64,000 bases of DNA from Isurus oxyrinchus (Eukaryota). Shown here one piece after another: positions 62,309 through 64,000 of this stretch (positions are counted from its first letter, which is position 1; every line of letters starts with the position of its first letter). Where the stretch lies: the NCBI GenBank assembly GCA_026770705.1, contig JANJGN010000151.1, forward strand, positions 558,001 to 622,000. The letters run 5' to 3'. The position numbers were made by a program, and so were the translations under genes. The notes under the pieces were generated by a model. It was not told the DNA's origin and did no database searches. It saw nothing but the letters and a program-made list of their open reading frames with translations.

Positions 62309-63388
62309 AGTTATTGTGCGAGGCTTTCTCTCGTTCCCATCACTCTGAGACTCTGTGCACAGTAATAGACCGCGGCGTCAGACAGCCGCAACTCCGAGAT
62401 TGTCAATCGGTACGACTTGTCCGTCTGCTGGACTGTATCAGAAAACCGGCTCTGAGCGAAATCCGCCTTAAATTCTGAACCGCCTCCCGGGAGCCTCCGG
62501 ACTGCAAACTCGGGCTGTCTGCCTGGGTACTGCCGGTACCAGAATAAGTAATAAGCATCGCCGGTATAGGTGCAGGTTAAAGTGACATCTCCTTCCTCTG
62601 TCTGTGTGACTGAGGATTCCCGCTGAGTAACAGAATCTCCATCGCTCAGACCTGGAACACACGGTTAAAGAAAGAGCAAATCAGCGATTAAAACTTTCAC
62701 GGAACAGAACTGAGGGTGAAAATTCACAGCCAGTGTTACATAAATTAAATGTAATTTCGAGCATACAACAGTTAATTCGGCCTAAATGGTCCATCTCCAT
62801 GTTTCCATCCCCGAAGAGCATCCTCACTCTCTTAGCAAATCCTTCGAACCTTTTGTTCCTCTTCCACTTATCTCGTTTCCCTTCATTAAAACTAAAGTCT
62901 TTGTCTCAACTGCTCCTTGTAGCATTGAATTCCTTATTCTAAAAAGTAAAGATAATTGTCATGGATCCCCTATTGAGTCTTTTTCGTGACTCATATATTT
63001 ATAACCCATACTTTAGAAATCCTACACAAGTGAAATTATATTTTCCGTCGAACTTCTTCATCATTTTGAAGACCTCTATTCGGTTCCCCCTCAGTTTCTC
63101 TTTACCTGAGGGTAGAACCCCAGTCTGTACAGTTCTTGCTGAATTCCAGTACCATAATTGTAATTGGGTTTCTTTTCATTTTCTTTTGTGGTCTGTGTTC
63201 TTCTGATTAAAGACCAGAACATTTCCCCATAAATCCAAGTGTGGACCGATCAAGATCCGAAACATGGTTAACATGAATTTTCCGCCTTTTAAATTGATTC
63301 TCCCAGAAATTAAGCCCACTTTTCAAATTTTAAACTTCTTACCGACAATGAATGTGACCCAGGCCACAGCGAGAACGGAGAGCCGCAT
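62309..63388 (-). CDS. TCR V segment, intact ORF, heptamer CAGAGTG
   Basis: Leader 63388-63343 MRLSVLAVAWVTFIV/GTAAG. V exon 62651-62348 GLSDGDSVTQRESSVTQTEEGDVTLTCTYTGDAYYLFWYRQYPGRQPEF..DFAQSRFS..LSDAAVYYCAQS. RSS CAGAGTG-23-ACAATAACT. Not in the ORF track because the exon has no ATG. Confidence 0.92.
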
Positions 63389-64000
63389 CGCTGCTGCTCC
63401 GGGGAAGTTTTGTGTCTCAGAAGTCGGCAGAAGACCGGACAAGAAAAGCTGAGTCAATTGGCTGAGGCGGATCTGACGTCGCTTCCTGAGGATATGGGAT
63501 CGAAAGAGCTGAAATCACTGGACCTGATTGGCCTGACGTGACTCCAGCAGTCACGAGTCGGTGTTTATTACAGAGAACTGGGACATTAAGGCCGCATTCT
63601 CTCTCTGTGACCTTATGAATTGGCATGGGGTCAGACTCTGACGTTCATCCATGTGGGACCTGGGTCAAATCCAGGCCAGGGAGAGGGTGATGGTCTCCAA
63701 CTTGTGATTGGTTACAGGGTGTGCCAGCGGATCAAACACTGACCTTTCCCTCTCGATGAATTGGGTTCGAAACCAGTGGTTAGGACAATTATTATTTGTG
63801 ATGGGCACGAATCACATCAGTGGGTTTAATGTCCCTATTTCTCCTGTACTTAAATCGAGCTCATAAAATGAATAAAGTCCGCTTCGGGTTTTGGAAACGA
63901 AGACCTTAGTATTTTGCGGGGTGTGAGAAGCCGTTTTTGTGGTTGGGCCCAGATATGAACGACTTGTGCTGTTTGCATTGGCTGCACATTATGGACCAGA

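Overview
Vertebrate genomic DNA, almost certainly from a shark or other elasmobranch (judged from the repeat types and the GPR139-like receptor). The window is part of a T-cell receptor alpha/delta-type variable (V) gene array. I count about 25 V segments, V fragments or orphan leader exons from roughly 10 sequence families, on both strands, many still carrying an intact or degenerate ~23-bp-spacer recombination signal (RSS). Four have an intact leader plus V exon and a recognisable RSS (13.1-13.6 kb, 23.5-24.1 kb, 57.6-58.2 kb, 62.3-63.4 kb); the rest are pseudogenes. No J or C exons were found. An intact two-exon GPR139/GPR142-like GPCR lies inside the array. Penelope-like elements with minimal hammerhead-ribozyme motifs, CR1/L2 LINE fragments and SINEs are interspersed. 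Most notable: (1) an intact V lacking the canonical Cys23 and Trp41, a trait shared by its family; (2) a second family lacking both canonical cysteines; (3) two back-to-back 12/25-spacer RSS pairs around 4 bp, i.e. D-like segments or germline signal-joint relics; (4) a V family with leader and V in one exon; (5) CTCF motifs at a fixed distance behind RSSs. Family letters A-G are my own labels. All alignments were done by eye, and boundaries of repeats and degenerate pseudogenes are approximate.
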